From Pocillopora damicornis (lineage: Eukaryota), in assembly GCF_003704095.1 (NCBI RefSeq), contig NW_020846522.1, positions 62,001-126,000 of the forward strand: a stretch of DNA of 64,000 nucleotides, given 5' to 3'. Of this stretch, positions 1 through 10,712 are shown piece after piece (the stretch's first letter is position 1; the number at the start of each line of letters is the position of its first letter). Under the pieces are notes generated by a model that had not been told where the DNA came from, searched no databases, and was given only the letters and a program-made list of their open reading frames with translations. The translations under genes and the position numbers were made by a program.

Positions 1-673
1 GAATTAAAAGAGAGATAAAAGATAGGTACAGACTTGCGTCAGGAGAACATTTCAATAAATGTTACTTTTGATAAACTTTGTTTTGACGTTCAAAGATGTT
101 TTTGAAATTTAAGACTCAAATCAAATCTGTGCGATACAAATATATATATTGATATTACCCCACGATTGAACTGAAAGTTACTAATACTAATCAGACTGTT
201 AATTTGTTTAATGGTAAGAAACCTTTTCCGTTCTCAGTGCAAAAGGAAAGAGGATTTTTTATTTATCATCATGGCTATTTACGATTTGCAATATTTTCTT
301 TTCAACAGTACTACACGACTTTAATTGGTCATGGCTTACACCGCTGAGTAAATATTGATGAGGTTTGTGACGCTACATGCTACCGTAAACATTCAAGCTA
401 TTGTAACGACTCAACTGTGTCACATCTGCGACGTTGAATCAGAGGCTATTTCAGTTTCTTTCGCATGATTATCATTTCCAGTCAGTATTCTAAATTTAAG
501 CTTGAACAGCCTGGCAAACAAAATTATCAGCCACTGGTGTCTGCATGGGCATAAAAGAAAGCAAGCATAATCTTATCTTGACATTCTCAGTTGAGCTGTG
601 ACAATCGACATCTTAGCAGACCGTGAATTCTTCACAAGACGAGAAAACTTTTATTCAAGACATACGCAATTAA

Positions 674-1195
674 ATGGAAAGGATAACCAAAAGAGCTCCT
701 CTCGTCCGACTCGACACGATCGAGGAAACATCAGAACCAGAAGAGAGCAGCAATTATTGTTTGGATTCAGCGCTGCCACGAAAACAATTTGGAAGATCCC
801 TTGATTTTTCAACTCTAAGGAGAAAAAGAATTGGCTCTCATCACACCAGACGAGTACGCAATAAAACTGACATGGAACATGATCATTCGATTTCTCAGGA
901 ATGTACTGGTGAACCTACAAAAACAATAAAGACTGGAGAAGGGACAAGATCTCACAAAGGAAAAAACCGCAATGTTAAAAAGAGACAAACAGACAACATT
1001 AATTCACCGGACATGACACAAGTTAAAATGCTCTTCCCAGACTTTTTCCCGAAGAGTTCCATTACTCAAATGAGATGGCAAAGTGAATTGGCTGGCACTA
1101 ATTATCAAAACTACAGAAACCTGCGAAAGAGAAAGGAAGAGGATCCTCTGATTCATTCTTGGCTAAACTTATTTGGCGCTCGTGCTATATTTTAG
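674..1195 (+). CDS. Orphan protein, tandem family member 1 (173 aa, basic/disordered)
   Basis: ATG-initiated intronless ORF. Contains VKMLFPDFF and C-terminal DPLIHSWLNLFG, both shared with the ORF at 4217; the C-terminal motif is also shared with the ORF at 7873. TATA-like CATAAAA at ~550. Confidence 0.65.
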   Translation: MERITKRAPLVRLDTIEETSEPEESSNYCLDSALPRKQFGRSLDFSTLRRKRIGSHHTRRVRNKTDMEHDHSISQECTGEPTKTIKTGEGTRSHKGKNRNVKKRQTDNINSPDMTQVKMLFPDFFPKSSITQMRWQSELAGTNYQNYRNLRKRKEEDPLIHSWLNLFGARAIF

Positions 1196-3872
1196 AATTT
1201 ATCACTTTTTGTTTCCATAACCTATTTAAGCCATGGAAAAATTTTACCATCCAAGCGGTACCTCGGGAAATGGAAAGCAATATCAACTTTTTTTAAACAT
1301 CATAAAAAATCGAATGTTCTATCCTAACTTTTATTTTCAGCAAGAAATCGGAAACATGAATTGCTTTTAAAATACAACAGCAGAACATCACATTAGCGGT
1401 AGCGTGCAGGCTACCAGCTGTAACGTGATTATATACATAAATGAGTAAAGTTTAGATTAACAAGATCCTGCGTGGCCTACTGTTTAAGATATCTATATTG
1501 CCAGTGGACAAAACGAACTCGAGAAAACTTAGAATGGGAAAAGTTTTAAGTCTTTCTTCGTTAGTTGAATTCCAAACGCATTCTCCCACAACAGAGTCAA
1601 CAGAGGGCAGACCATAAAGATCTGATACCCGCTTCAACGGCCTGCCGTCAACAAGGTTTTTATGAACCCCAGTGCAATTGGAAATAATTTGAATTAGCAG
1701 CATAAATGAAGTTTTTATGCAGTCAGGTGTAAAAGCGGTAAATAAAGCTGGATTGGTTTTAAAGCTGTTCCATCACACGGGAACCTCTCCTCGACACGAA
1801 GTACGACTAGTTCCGAGCCAAATGCAGTTAGGAAGACAGATAACCCCGGAAAATAAACTTCAGAAAAGATACCTGGAAATAAAAGAAGGGAATTTCTTAG
1901 AAGTGCCTCAAGCACTTTTTAATCGCCAAAAATCCAATTTTAGCTCAATCCTCGCCCGCTTTATTCTAAATCCGAATTCATAACTTGACTCTAACTCGCT
2001 AGCATCACATTTTTTAGTGCAACACGATAGTCCTCAACCGCAGTAGTGAAATGCATTGTGTTGCAATTTATTGTAATACTTACCATCTCAAGCTAGAAAC
2101 AAGTGATGCTTATCAAACATACAACTTCAAATGTAGGAAGTCAGTGAGATAGTAGATCATTCGTCTTGACTAAATATTGATTTCGAGGCCTTTCCAATTT
2201 AGGCCAGGGTTATTGCTTTCCCAAAGCGGTTTAGTAGTTGAATGGAATGTAGATTGACCTTACTGACGCGAATGAAGTAAAAATCTGAACAAGAATTAGG
2301 AAAATATGAAAATATTGAACACGGTGAAACTGCCGACTAATTCCTTAATAGTCATTTTATGTATGGCCTACAATTATTACACTAATTTTTATTTCGCCGG
2401 GAAAAAATTCGTCAGATTTAAGAGATGCGCCCGATGATTTACATTTTATTAGTTTTTTAAGATCTTTGATAAAATATAAAATTATTTATCCAAACCAGAG
2501 ATCAGGCATCAAACGTTTTGGGTGAAACTGTTACAGTAAGACTTTTCTAGATTTGTCATTGAGAGTGATTTTAAGATAATATGGAAAAAGCTGATGTTAT
2601 TGAGATAATAGATTCTTGTCAGTCCTGTACAAATAACGTGGGAGACGTACAAGACAGAAGGACGAACTGTATGCATTCGGCCTCCAGGTGTGAGTTTATT
2701 TTATTTTTCCCTCCAGTTATAATGTATTTTTACGGGCATGGAAAGGTTCAAAACAGTCGAACAAAATGACCCCTCAAGAGAAAACATCTGCGGCAGAATT
2801 GTTTTGTTGCGTGAGAAATAATAATATTAAGAGTGCAAGAAGTGACAATGGTACTACCAGCGATAATTTGCATGGAGCCAAAATAGCATTTTATGCGTGA
2901 AATAAGAGAAACAGTCGACATATTCCAAACAGTTTAGGGAAGAAATCCGAAGTTCGTACGATAGCGGTGGACTGCAGAGGCAGGGCGTGTTACAAAAACG
3001 TCAACGGAAATAAAGTCATCAGAGACAATAGCTCACAATGAAAACGTGATGTCGGAAGTAACTCCAGTACTAGACACGTGCTCGTATTTCTCAAGAAAAG
3101 GCTGCTTAAAATCTTACGCGATTGCTAATATTTATCTTTTTTTAAGAAAAACGGTCTCGTAGGTAAAAGAAAAAACCTCACAGAAATATGATCCATTTTT
3201 TAAAGAATGATTCTCGTTGGAACATTTTGTTTTTTAATTTGCCTCAACCTGAGCCGAGAAAGAAAAAAAATCAATTAGTGTGGATTAATGCAAGGATTTC
3301 AATAACTTTTCCATAAACGGTTGTTGGTGGTGGAGTGTGTGTCTGTGCCCGGAAAAGGGCCTGTTAGGCGAAACCCAAATGCGGGAGCTTGCTCGCTGGC
3401 GAAATAGACGGCGGTAACTGAGGCCTTACGGTGACGATAAACCGCTGATAACCGGCCTCTATCGAAACTCCTGTGAATACTTGGCCTAAATTTGCAAGCA
3501 GCAGGAGCTGCAATTGAATAGAGTTTCAAATTACCGACTCTCTGCCTTTGAAATTAAGTGCGATAACTAAAATTCATAAAATGCTCTCATAACGACGGAG
3601 TAGTGTTTTTCTTAACTGACGTAAATAACTTGCCGAAATGTTTGTTTGAAGCTTGCTCACTATTCGCACATTTTGTATCGACTGTATTATTTTGAACGCG
3701 ACAACAAAACAATTTAAAATTTATTCATTTGCAACGACATCAGACCTTAAGTAAACGAATCACCTGCGTTGAATGACAAATTCAACCAATTAAAAGAAAA
3801 ACAATATTATACTCTAACTCGCATCAATTTAGACCTCATCTAAATAGACAGGCGGGACTCCAACTAAGTAGA

Positions 3873-3958
3873 TCTGCGGCGACACGAATCAACTACACAC
3901 GAATTTGGGACAAGGTCTGCGGCGACACGAATCAACTACACACGAATTTGGGACAAGG
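3873..3958 (+). repeat. Perfect 43-bp tandem duplication in putative 5' UTR exon
   Basis: tctgcggcgacacgaatcaactacacacgaatttgggacaagg occurs at 3873-3915 and 3916-3958. Confidence 0.95.
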
Positions 3959-4216
3959 TAATTCTATATCTTTTAGTAGCTTGCGTTTGCAGCGTTTCAT
4001 CTCCCATTATTACCAGCATCTAAAAGTAACGTGTACCTTTTAAGTGGATTTTTTCTCCATTTATTTTCCGTTTCGTTAGCGTGTTCTTCCGTTTTAAATG
4101 TGCAAATTCATCGAGGCTCACGCGAGCAGATAAATTCCATTTCAAGTAGGATTTAGAACTCTAGAAAAGAGGAAAAATTAGATTTTATTACAAAACAATT
4201 TCACTTCAATTTCAGA

Positions 4217-4540
4217 ATGGATGTAGCTTTAAAAAGCCCCGAAAAATGCCATTTTTTTGGATCATTCGACGAAACACGTGGTAGTGAAGAACTTCCAACA
4301 ACCTTCCATGTGAGTGTGACGTCACACCCGTTCCACGACGCCGAGGAGAGAGGTCAATTTGACAAAAGTGAACAGAACTTAGTAACGCAGCTCTTTCCAG
4401 AATTTTTCATCCGACATAGCTCATCGGATGGTGCCCCTGAAAGTTGGAAGATCGTAATGTGTGGTAACCGGAGACTGGACTACAGACGTAACGACCCACT
4501 TATCCAGTCCTGGCTCAACATGTACGGCTGTAACCATTAA
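4217..4540 (+). CDS. Orphan protein, tandem family member 2 (107 aa)
   Basis: ORF contains VTQLFPEFF and DPLIQSWLNMYG. A candidate 5' UTR intron 3958..4215 (AAG|gtaatt ... ttcaatttcag|A ATG) ends 1 nt before the ATG. Confidence 0.65.
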   Translation: MDVALKSPEKCHFFGSFDETRGSEELPTTFHVSVTSHPFHDAEERGQFDKSEQNLVTQLFPEFFIRHSSSDGAPESWKIVMCGNRRLDYRRNDPLIQSWLNMYGCNH

Positions 4541-6745
4541 GGAGGGTTTGCGACCCAACTGGCTGTTCAGTAAGACAATCATGAACTATGATAAACAATG
4601 ACACGAAAAACTGATGACAAAAAATGTTTTTTAGCAAATAAATGAGAGGTAAGATAAAGAACAAATATACCGTCAGCGGAGTGCTTTTTTGCATGGTAAA
4701 ATGGAATTTCCGAAGAAAATTTGTAAGGAGATCTCCATAGGAAAACGTAGATTGCGATGTACTCGAACTGTTTAACGACCGAAACTTTCACTTTCCAGAA
4801 CTTTCGGTTTTTATAGCAAGGCTTTTTTTTTATAAACACAGCAGTCTGAATAATTAGCTCAAATTAAACTTGAAAGAAATGGAAGATAAAGGAGATATGG
4901 TGCATCTTTGGAAGTTGTAATATCAAATAATGTTGTAAATAAAAGGATTTGTATGCTGGAGAATCGATTGTGTTATTTTTTTAGAAACAAATGACTGAAT
5001 TATTTGTCGATTGGCTTCCTTAATCTAGTGCTTTATTTTTTTTCTTGTCTCTTGCGAAGCCCGTCAGCCGTCTCGTGGCCAAAGCTGTGTTTCTGTTTTT
5101 CCCTTCGGCAACGCTGAAGCCAAAAGGTATAAGCCGAAGAAAATATTTATAACCCGGGAGGGTAAACTTATTTCAAGCGCAGTGATGCTTCTTCGGAGCT
5201 GTTATTTCATTATTTTTGCTGATTCAGAATCAAACGACTAGTCGTTTAAAACTGAGCTGTTTGTTTTCTGGGTCTATTGAATTCACAAATTACTGATTCT
5301 TTCGGACAAAGCTTAAACCTCTTTCCAATGCTTTTAACAAGTTTAGAAATTTACCAAGAGCAATCGAGAAATATCATATAAATATAAACCAAACACTTTA
5401 TTTAGTATCGGGGAAAAAAAGTAATTCCCGCGGTATAACATCTTATCCTTCTGAGCAACGGTAACAATTGAACCATACTGACTATCATGATTACTTTCGA
5501 ACTTGAGATTTTCTAGAAACTATACCTTTAAAAGTTTCACTTGCTCTGGGCCCGTCTTTCAATAAATGCTTGCTAGAATTTCAAAGTTACTACAAAAAGC
5601 GTGACCCGAAGGTGAATCCCTTTCTTCTCACGTGCACAGGGTCTTTACATAAAACATAAGGTTTTTACGATATTTTTGGAATAATTTTGCTATTATAAGA
5701 TGGAAAATTTCCTATTTCTAGTAGAGAGGGCCTTCACAGGATGTCTTCATTCCGGCCAGAAATCGTACTTCCCAAAATCAAGTTATACAGTGTTTTATTC
5801 TTGCACTCCGATATTCGCCTTAAAAATATCCTCAACTAGTTTTTAAAAAAACCTCGATTATACTTCAGAGCCTATTGCCTAAATTTTATTACTTATTTAT
5901 TTGATCTCACTCAAAGGTGTCAGTTTTGAAGGCAATTTTGAAGCACAATTGGTGACGGCTAGACAAGATCGTATATCAATTCTGCTCTTACATAACGCAG
6001 CGGAAAGGTGGTCATTTGCAAAGCAAAAATGATTCACCAAGATGTAATTACAAGCTATGACAGCTTTGGAATATATTATACCACAATGGAGTTAATGCAC
6101 ACTGAATCCTTAATAATACTTGATGCGTGTTCTCTTTGGCCACTTGTCTACATACAATTTTGGCTCTGAGATCTAAATCGTCAGAAAAGACATGTGGAGG
6201 ATACGCTCGTCGAGGATCTAAAATAACTCCAACAATTGTGTTTTCACTTCAGCCCAAAAAGTAAGAGAGTTTTACAATCCCGAATCCCCTCTTGAAAAAT
6301 AGCGTTTCCCTAACACTGAACACGGCAAAAACCCACGGATCAGAGAAAAATATCTTCAACGTGACATCCTTCCTATGTAGATCGTCGATCGATGTAATTG
6401 TAACGTTAACCGCTGACAATGGATTTTCCTTACAAAAGTCATGTTCTCTCCCTCGTCGGCACGGTCTCACTTATTCTCATACCCAGACCCAGCCGGTATG
6501 ACCATTTTGACCGGCCGGTTGAGGTCTGGTTATTAGACTTACTATTAGGTCATCCGTCTTAGGGCGTTAGCGTTATTCATTTCTAACCAAGAAGACAGAT
6601 CGTAATTTATCTCAGTCATCTTAAGGCAAGTTTCAATTTACATCAGAAGTCGAAAAGGATTTTTAGATAGCTAAAAAAGAAATCCGTCAATCATATGGCA
6701 TTACTAATCTTTCGTGACGCTTGACTTTAACCGCGAAGATCTTGC

Positions 6746-6950
6746 TTAACCCTTTAACTCCCAAGATCTGATTGTTAATTCTCCCCTCTAGCTGCTATAC
6801 ATTTCCTTGTAAATTAGTTATGAGAACTTGGTACTAGATCAAGATAGCAGTTTCTACCTGATAAGTTTAAATATTCTCATTACCTGTTTGCGGAATGGAT
6901 ATTATTGAGAGAAGTTTCATGTTAATCACTAATGGAAGTTAAAGGATTCA
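6746..6950 (+). mobile_element. TTAA-flanked piggyBac-like MITE (~205 bp)
   Basis: Begins TTAACCCTTTAACTCCC, ends ggaagttaaaggattca (degenerate inverted terminus). Internal sequence is the near reverse complement of 30979-31184. Confidence 0.8.
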
Positions 6951-7872
6951 TAATCTAGCTGTAACAGAATCTGAATAACATGAGAGTTGTCGACCCGGTC
7001 ACTTCCATGGCATCGTTCATCACTTATGGAAAATAATAGTTTTCGAATTCAGCACAGCTTTTTCCGGTTTCAGTGCACCATAGAAAATCAGTTTCTTAAT
7101 CTGTCAGTCTATAAGTAACAATGTTTCTTTATATATATTTAAAACCGGCAACGAATTACAACTTACCTTATCAAACACTTGATATGTAAACTCAAAATCA
7201 GCCTCAGGCCTTGCTTTAGTTATTTAGTCCCCGAACTCGTGACAAAGTATTATCCATATTCTTTCGGCGTCGCCGGCAAACGAACGCCAAAAAATGAAAG
7301 GACAACAGTGAACTCTGAATTTATCTCAATTTTCTTTCACTGAATCCTTAAATCAAAATCAGTACTGATGGAAAAATCGTTCGTTCACAGCAATTTGACA
7401 TCAGTTTCACACAAGCGCTTCAACTGGGCCGAAAGTGAATGGCATAAACGGCATTTTTAGGCGTTCGACGAAAATTACTCCTTTGTACGTGCTGTTTTTC
7501 TCTTGGAGTCATCGGGTGCCTCCCACGTGAAGAACCTTTCTCATAGAGAGCTTCCGTAAAAACAAAGACAAGACAGGAAATTGGATGGAATAACACGCAC
7601 GAAAGTCACCAACAAAGGGCGACATCACAATTGTAAATCAAGCATCTTAAGCTATAAAATAAGTGGTGGTTGAATGCCATGTAAAGTGGTCAACTGATGA
7701 AAGAATTAGACCTAGGATAGACGTCTACAAGAGAACAATACTGGAAAAACCTTAGGTCTAACATTGCCCAAGATTTATTTTATATGCGTACGTCGTGGAA
7801 CGACTGGAAATATCGCTACAAGTCGAAGAGCTCAAATCAAACAAGAATCAAATCTACAGGCGAACAGGGAAA

Positions 7873-8454
7873 ATGTTGAAAGATTCCGATGGTTATATGG
7901 GCCTTGTACCTCGTATATCTTATTCAAGGCATTTTGGCGTCGGCGACTTCGCCTCAAATGAGAAAATTCATCAAAAAACAGAAAGGTCAGTTCCAAGCAA
8001 AATTATTTGTGCAGGAGAGAGTGTTCAGGGTCGCCAAAAGGTCACTCTGATGGGGAAAAAAGCATCCTCAGTTGAGCTGACGAGCAGAGGGATTCATTAC
8101 GGAGCAAGAAAAGACAACAAAAAAGGAAAGGAATATTTATTACCGCCTTCACAAAAATTTAAAACACCTTTGAGTGCGACGCACTCTCCCCAAATAAAAT
8201 TAATAACTGACAGCTCACAGAGCCTTTTGTCCAGCACTTGTACAGCGGGCAATGACTTATCATGCGAATTATCCAGAAGAGAAGCCTCCAGGGTTAAAGA
8301 ACAGGTTTCTTTGAAATTTTACAGCGACAGCCAAGGAAAAAAATGTAAGTCATCAAAGGTGGAAAATATTAAAATCGGATCTTTCTCAGAAAAACCGAAG
8401 GACCAAAATCAACGAGAAAAAATTATTAACTCGTGGATGCAATTTTTCGGTTAA
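7873..8454 (+). CDS. Orphan protein, tandem family member 3 (~193 aa from first ATG)
   Basis: Long open frame; the ORF track starts at a GTG (7795), first in-frame ATG is 7873. Ends EKIINSWMQFFG, matching the motif of members 1 and 2. TATA-like TATAAAA at ~7653. Confidence 0.55.
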   Translation: MLKDSDGYMGLVPRISYSRHFGVGDFASNEKIHQKTERSVPSKIICAGESVQGRQKVTLMGKKASSVELTSRGIHYGARKDNKKGKEYLLPPSQKFKTPLSATHSPQIKLITDSSQSLLSSTCTAGNDLSCELSRREASRVKEQVSLKFYSDSQGKKCKSSKVENIKIGSFSEKPKDQNQREKIINSWMQFFG

Positions 8455-8729
8455 GAATTATAGCTGCCAGCCCCTTGTTGTAAATGAGACCAAACGACCT
8501 TACATGAATAGAAAGAGGAAGAAACTTTTCCAACACGACGGATGTTGTCGCGCGTAAAGAAAACTCAACTTGAAAAACTGCGCTTCCTGAAGAACACTTG
8601 GTAACGGATTTGTAACTGGCATAGACTCAACTGAGAAGGACGGAAGAAGCGTATGAAATGATAATTGATCCGAAGAGAAATTTTCTGGTTGCGTGTCTAA
8701 AGTCAATTCAAGATTACGCAATACAGTAG

Positions 8730-9006
8730 CAGATAAGTTTCTAATGAAACTGTGGTGCTGCGTCGGTGGAAGTATTAAGGATAACTTGGTTTTATTAACT
8801 TTATTGGTAATGTAAATTGGCCACCATAAAGAGTTTCTGAAGCTGACGTTTCGAGCTTTAGCCCTTCGTCGGAGCTAATTTAGAAATATTGTGGGTTGTG
8901 CGTGGTTTACGAACAGAAAGACTGAGCTACGCTATTGTTTGGACCATGGCAACGTGAAAACACAAGAATAAATAAATTATTTAAATGAAAAGCGTTTGTT
9001 GAGATT
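8730..9006 (-). mobile_element. Penelope-like element 3' end / pLTR remnant with minimal hammerhead ribozyme
   Basis: Minus strand reads LNKRFSFK* (8977-9003), resembling recalled Penelope GIY-YIG C-termini. Downstream on the same strand is agctCCGACGAagggctaaagctcGAAACGTCagct (8841-8876). Confidence 0.65.
8841..8876 (-). ncRNA. Minimal type I hammerhead ribozyme motif, core variant CCGACGA
   Basis: Stem I agct/agct; core C(C)GACGA instead of CUGANGA; stem II gggc-taaa-gctc; GAAAC-GUC with palindromic ACGU stem III. Confidence 0.55.
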
Positions 9007-10106
9007 GCATTAGTTTCACTTTACTTCACCCCGACTGTGAATGATACAGAACACTCGCACCGCTTTACAATCAATGTGGTACAAGACTAAAACCAATCGC
9101 GACTTACGTCGCCCGCGGTGTTTTCACGCGCTTGTATCTGTAACATATGCATCTAACTGAAGTTCTTATTGGATCTATCTGTGTTGGTAGTCTCTACACT
9201 TCTCTACTCGAGATAGAAATTTCATATCTAATGTGACAAAGTAAAACGTCAAAAGAGCTTGAGTAGTCAAGTAATAAATGGGAAAAACATATCATGTAAT
9301 AGTTCTGATTGGCCCTCAGTTAGGGTCTATAAATCGTAACTTCTTTGGTTACATTCATTAAATCTGCAAACCAGAGTAGCGTCAAACTATGTCTGATTGT
9401 CCACCTGGTTGCCTTGTGAACTTTAATATAAGTTATTTCATGGATTTACTTTACGACAGTAAAGCGATAAATTTTTTGTACAGTGTCTTCTAGTTAGATC
9501 TTAATTTTTTTTTATATGTGTCCTACCATTTCAGTTTTCGTATTTTTATAAGAAGTTTTAAAGTCGTCATTTGACCCAATGGCCAACCATTTCAAGTTTA
9601 GTTCTTCACTTCTTTAATAATAAAGTCTCATCTTCTGCAAATGCTGAGAATCTTGTAATTAGCGAAAGATACCTTCGTTTGTAATGGGGATTGAAAATAA
9701 GCGTAGAGGTGTTAATGGACCATATAACACCCCTACCCTCCACGCCCAAACTTAGTAAATATAAAAAGAGTGCATCTAAAGGCTCGAAATACCATGTTAT
9801 TAGGGGGACTGAGCCCCCTGTACTAGTGTAATAATACTAAACCGCACGGAGTCCCAACAGCATTGAGGCCGAGTGTAGCTATTTGATACGGTTATCAAAC
9901 ATTTGAAATGATTTGCAACACAGATGAAATGGGCTTGACTAAAGTGATCGAGAGAAATGTTCCTTAGATACTGCGGTGTATAACTTTTTATCCTTAGGTT
10001 CCGTTTTCCTGATCTGTCTTTTTCTTTCTGTGCAATACTGTGTGATTTGATGAGTTTTCGAAACAGTCAATTCCTTTTCTCCACTGACGCGTAACGCGCC
10101 TCCTCA

Positions 10107-10324
10107 TTACCACTTTCACTCCCATCAGTGATCAAGACAAAATTTCTTCTTACGATATCAATACAATATCCAGCAGTCAAGTGGTGAGTATAAACAAAAA
10201 TGTTAATTGGGGGTTATTATTTGATCCAATACCAAATTATCTGAACTATCATCACACGAGTTGCTTGGCAGACAGTAAGGAGATCGGAGAATTAGTGATG
10301 AGATCTTAGGAGTGAATGGGTTAA
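10107..10324. mobile_element. TTAA-type MITE, diverged subfamily
   Basis: Starts ttaccactttcactccc, ends ggagtgaatgggTTAA; same terminal pattern and ~215 bp length as the other copies. Confidence 0.65.
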
Positions 10325-10712
10325 ATTGGTGGAGGTCATCGAAGAAAGGCCACCCCGAAAAACCCTTACATCATTTTAAACAACACAGTCGACGAGAGAA
10401 GAGCGAATGTGATTCATCTGATTGCCAGTAGAGCTTTTATCAAGTTTCAAAACAAAAAACAAATGAAAATGTAAATCAGAAGACATTGGAAACGAAATGA
10501 AGAAACACCTCTAATCCAGACCTTCACTGTCAACTTGCCTGGTTACTAAGCCAAGAAACAAGAACATGACGTGAGATCCCTAATTATAGGCTATACTAAG
10601 AACGAGTTGGTGGAGTGTTCCCTACTGGTTTTGAAAGAGATTTTGGCTTCATATCTCCGCTTAAAGACTGTTTTCTTACCTTTTTAAGTAGTGAGATAAT
10701 CAGCAGATCAAA

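Noticed and set aside
1452-1983. Overlapping 66-88 aa ORFs between orphan members 1 and 2
   Set aside because: They lack the family motifs and any recognisable domain; lengths are within chance expectation.
6483-6529. Hairpin ccagacc-cagccggt...gccggttg-a-ggtctgg
   Set aside because: A single ~15-bp stem with no supporting context; likely a repeat fragment.
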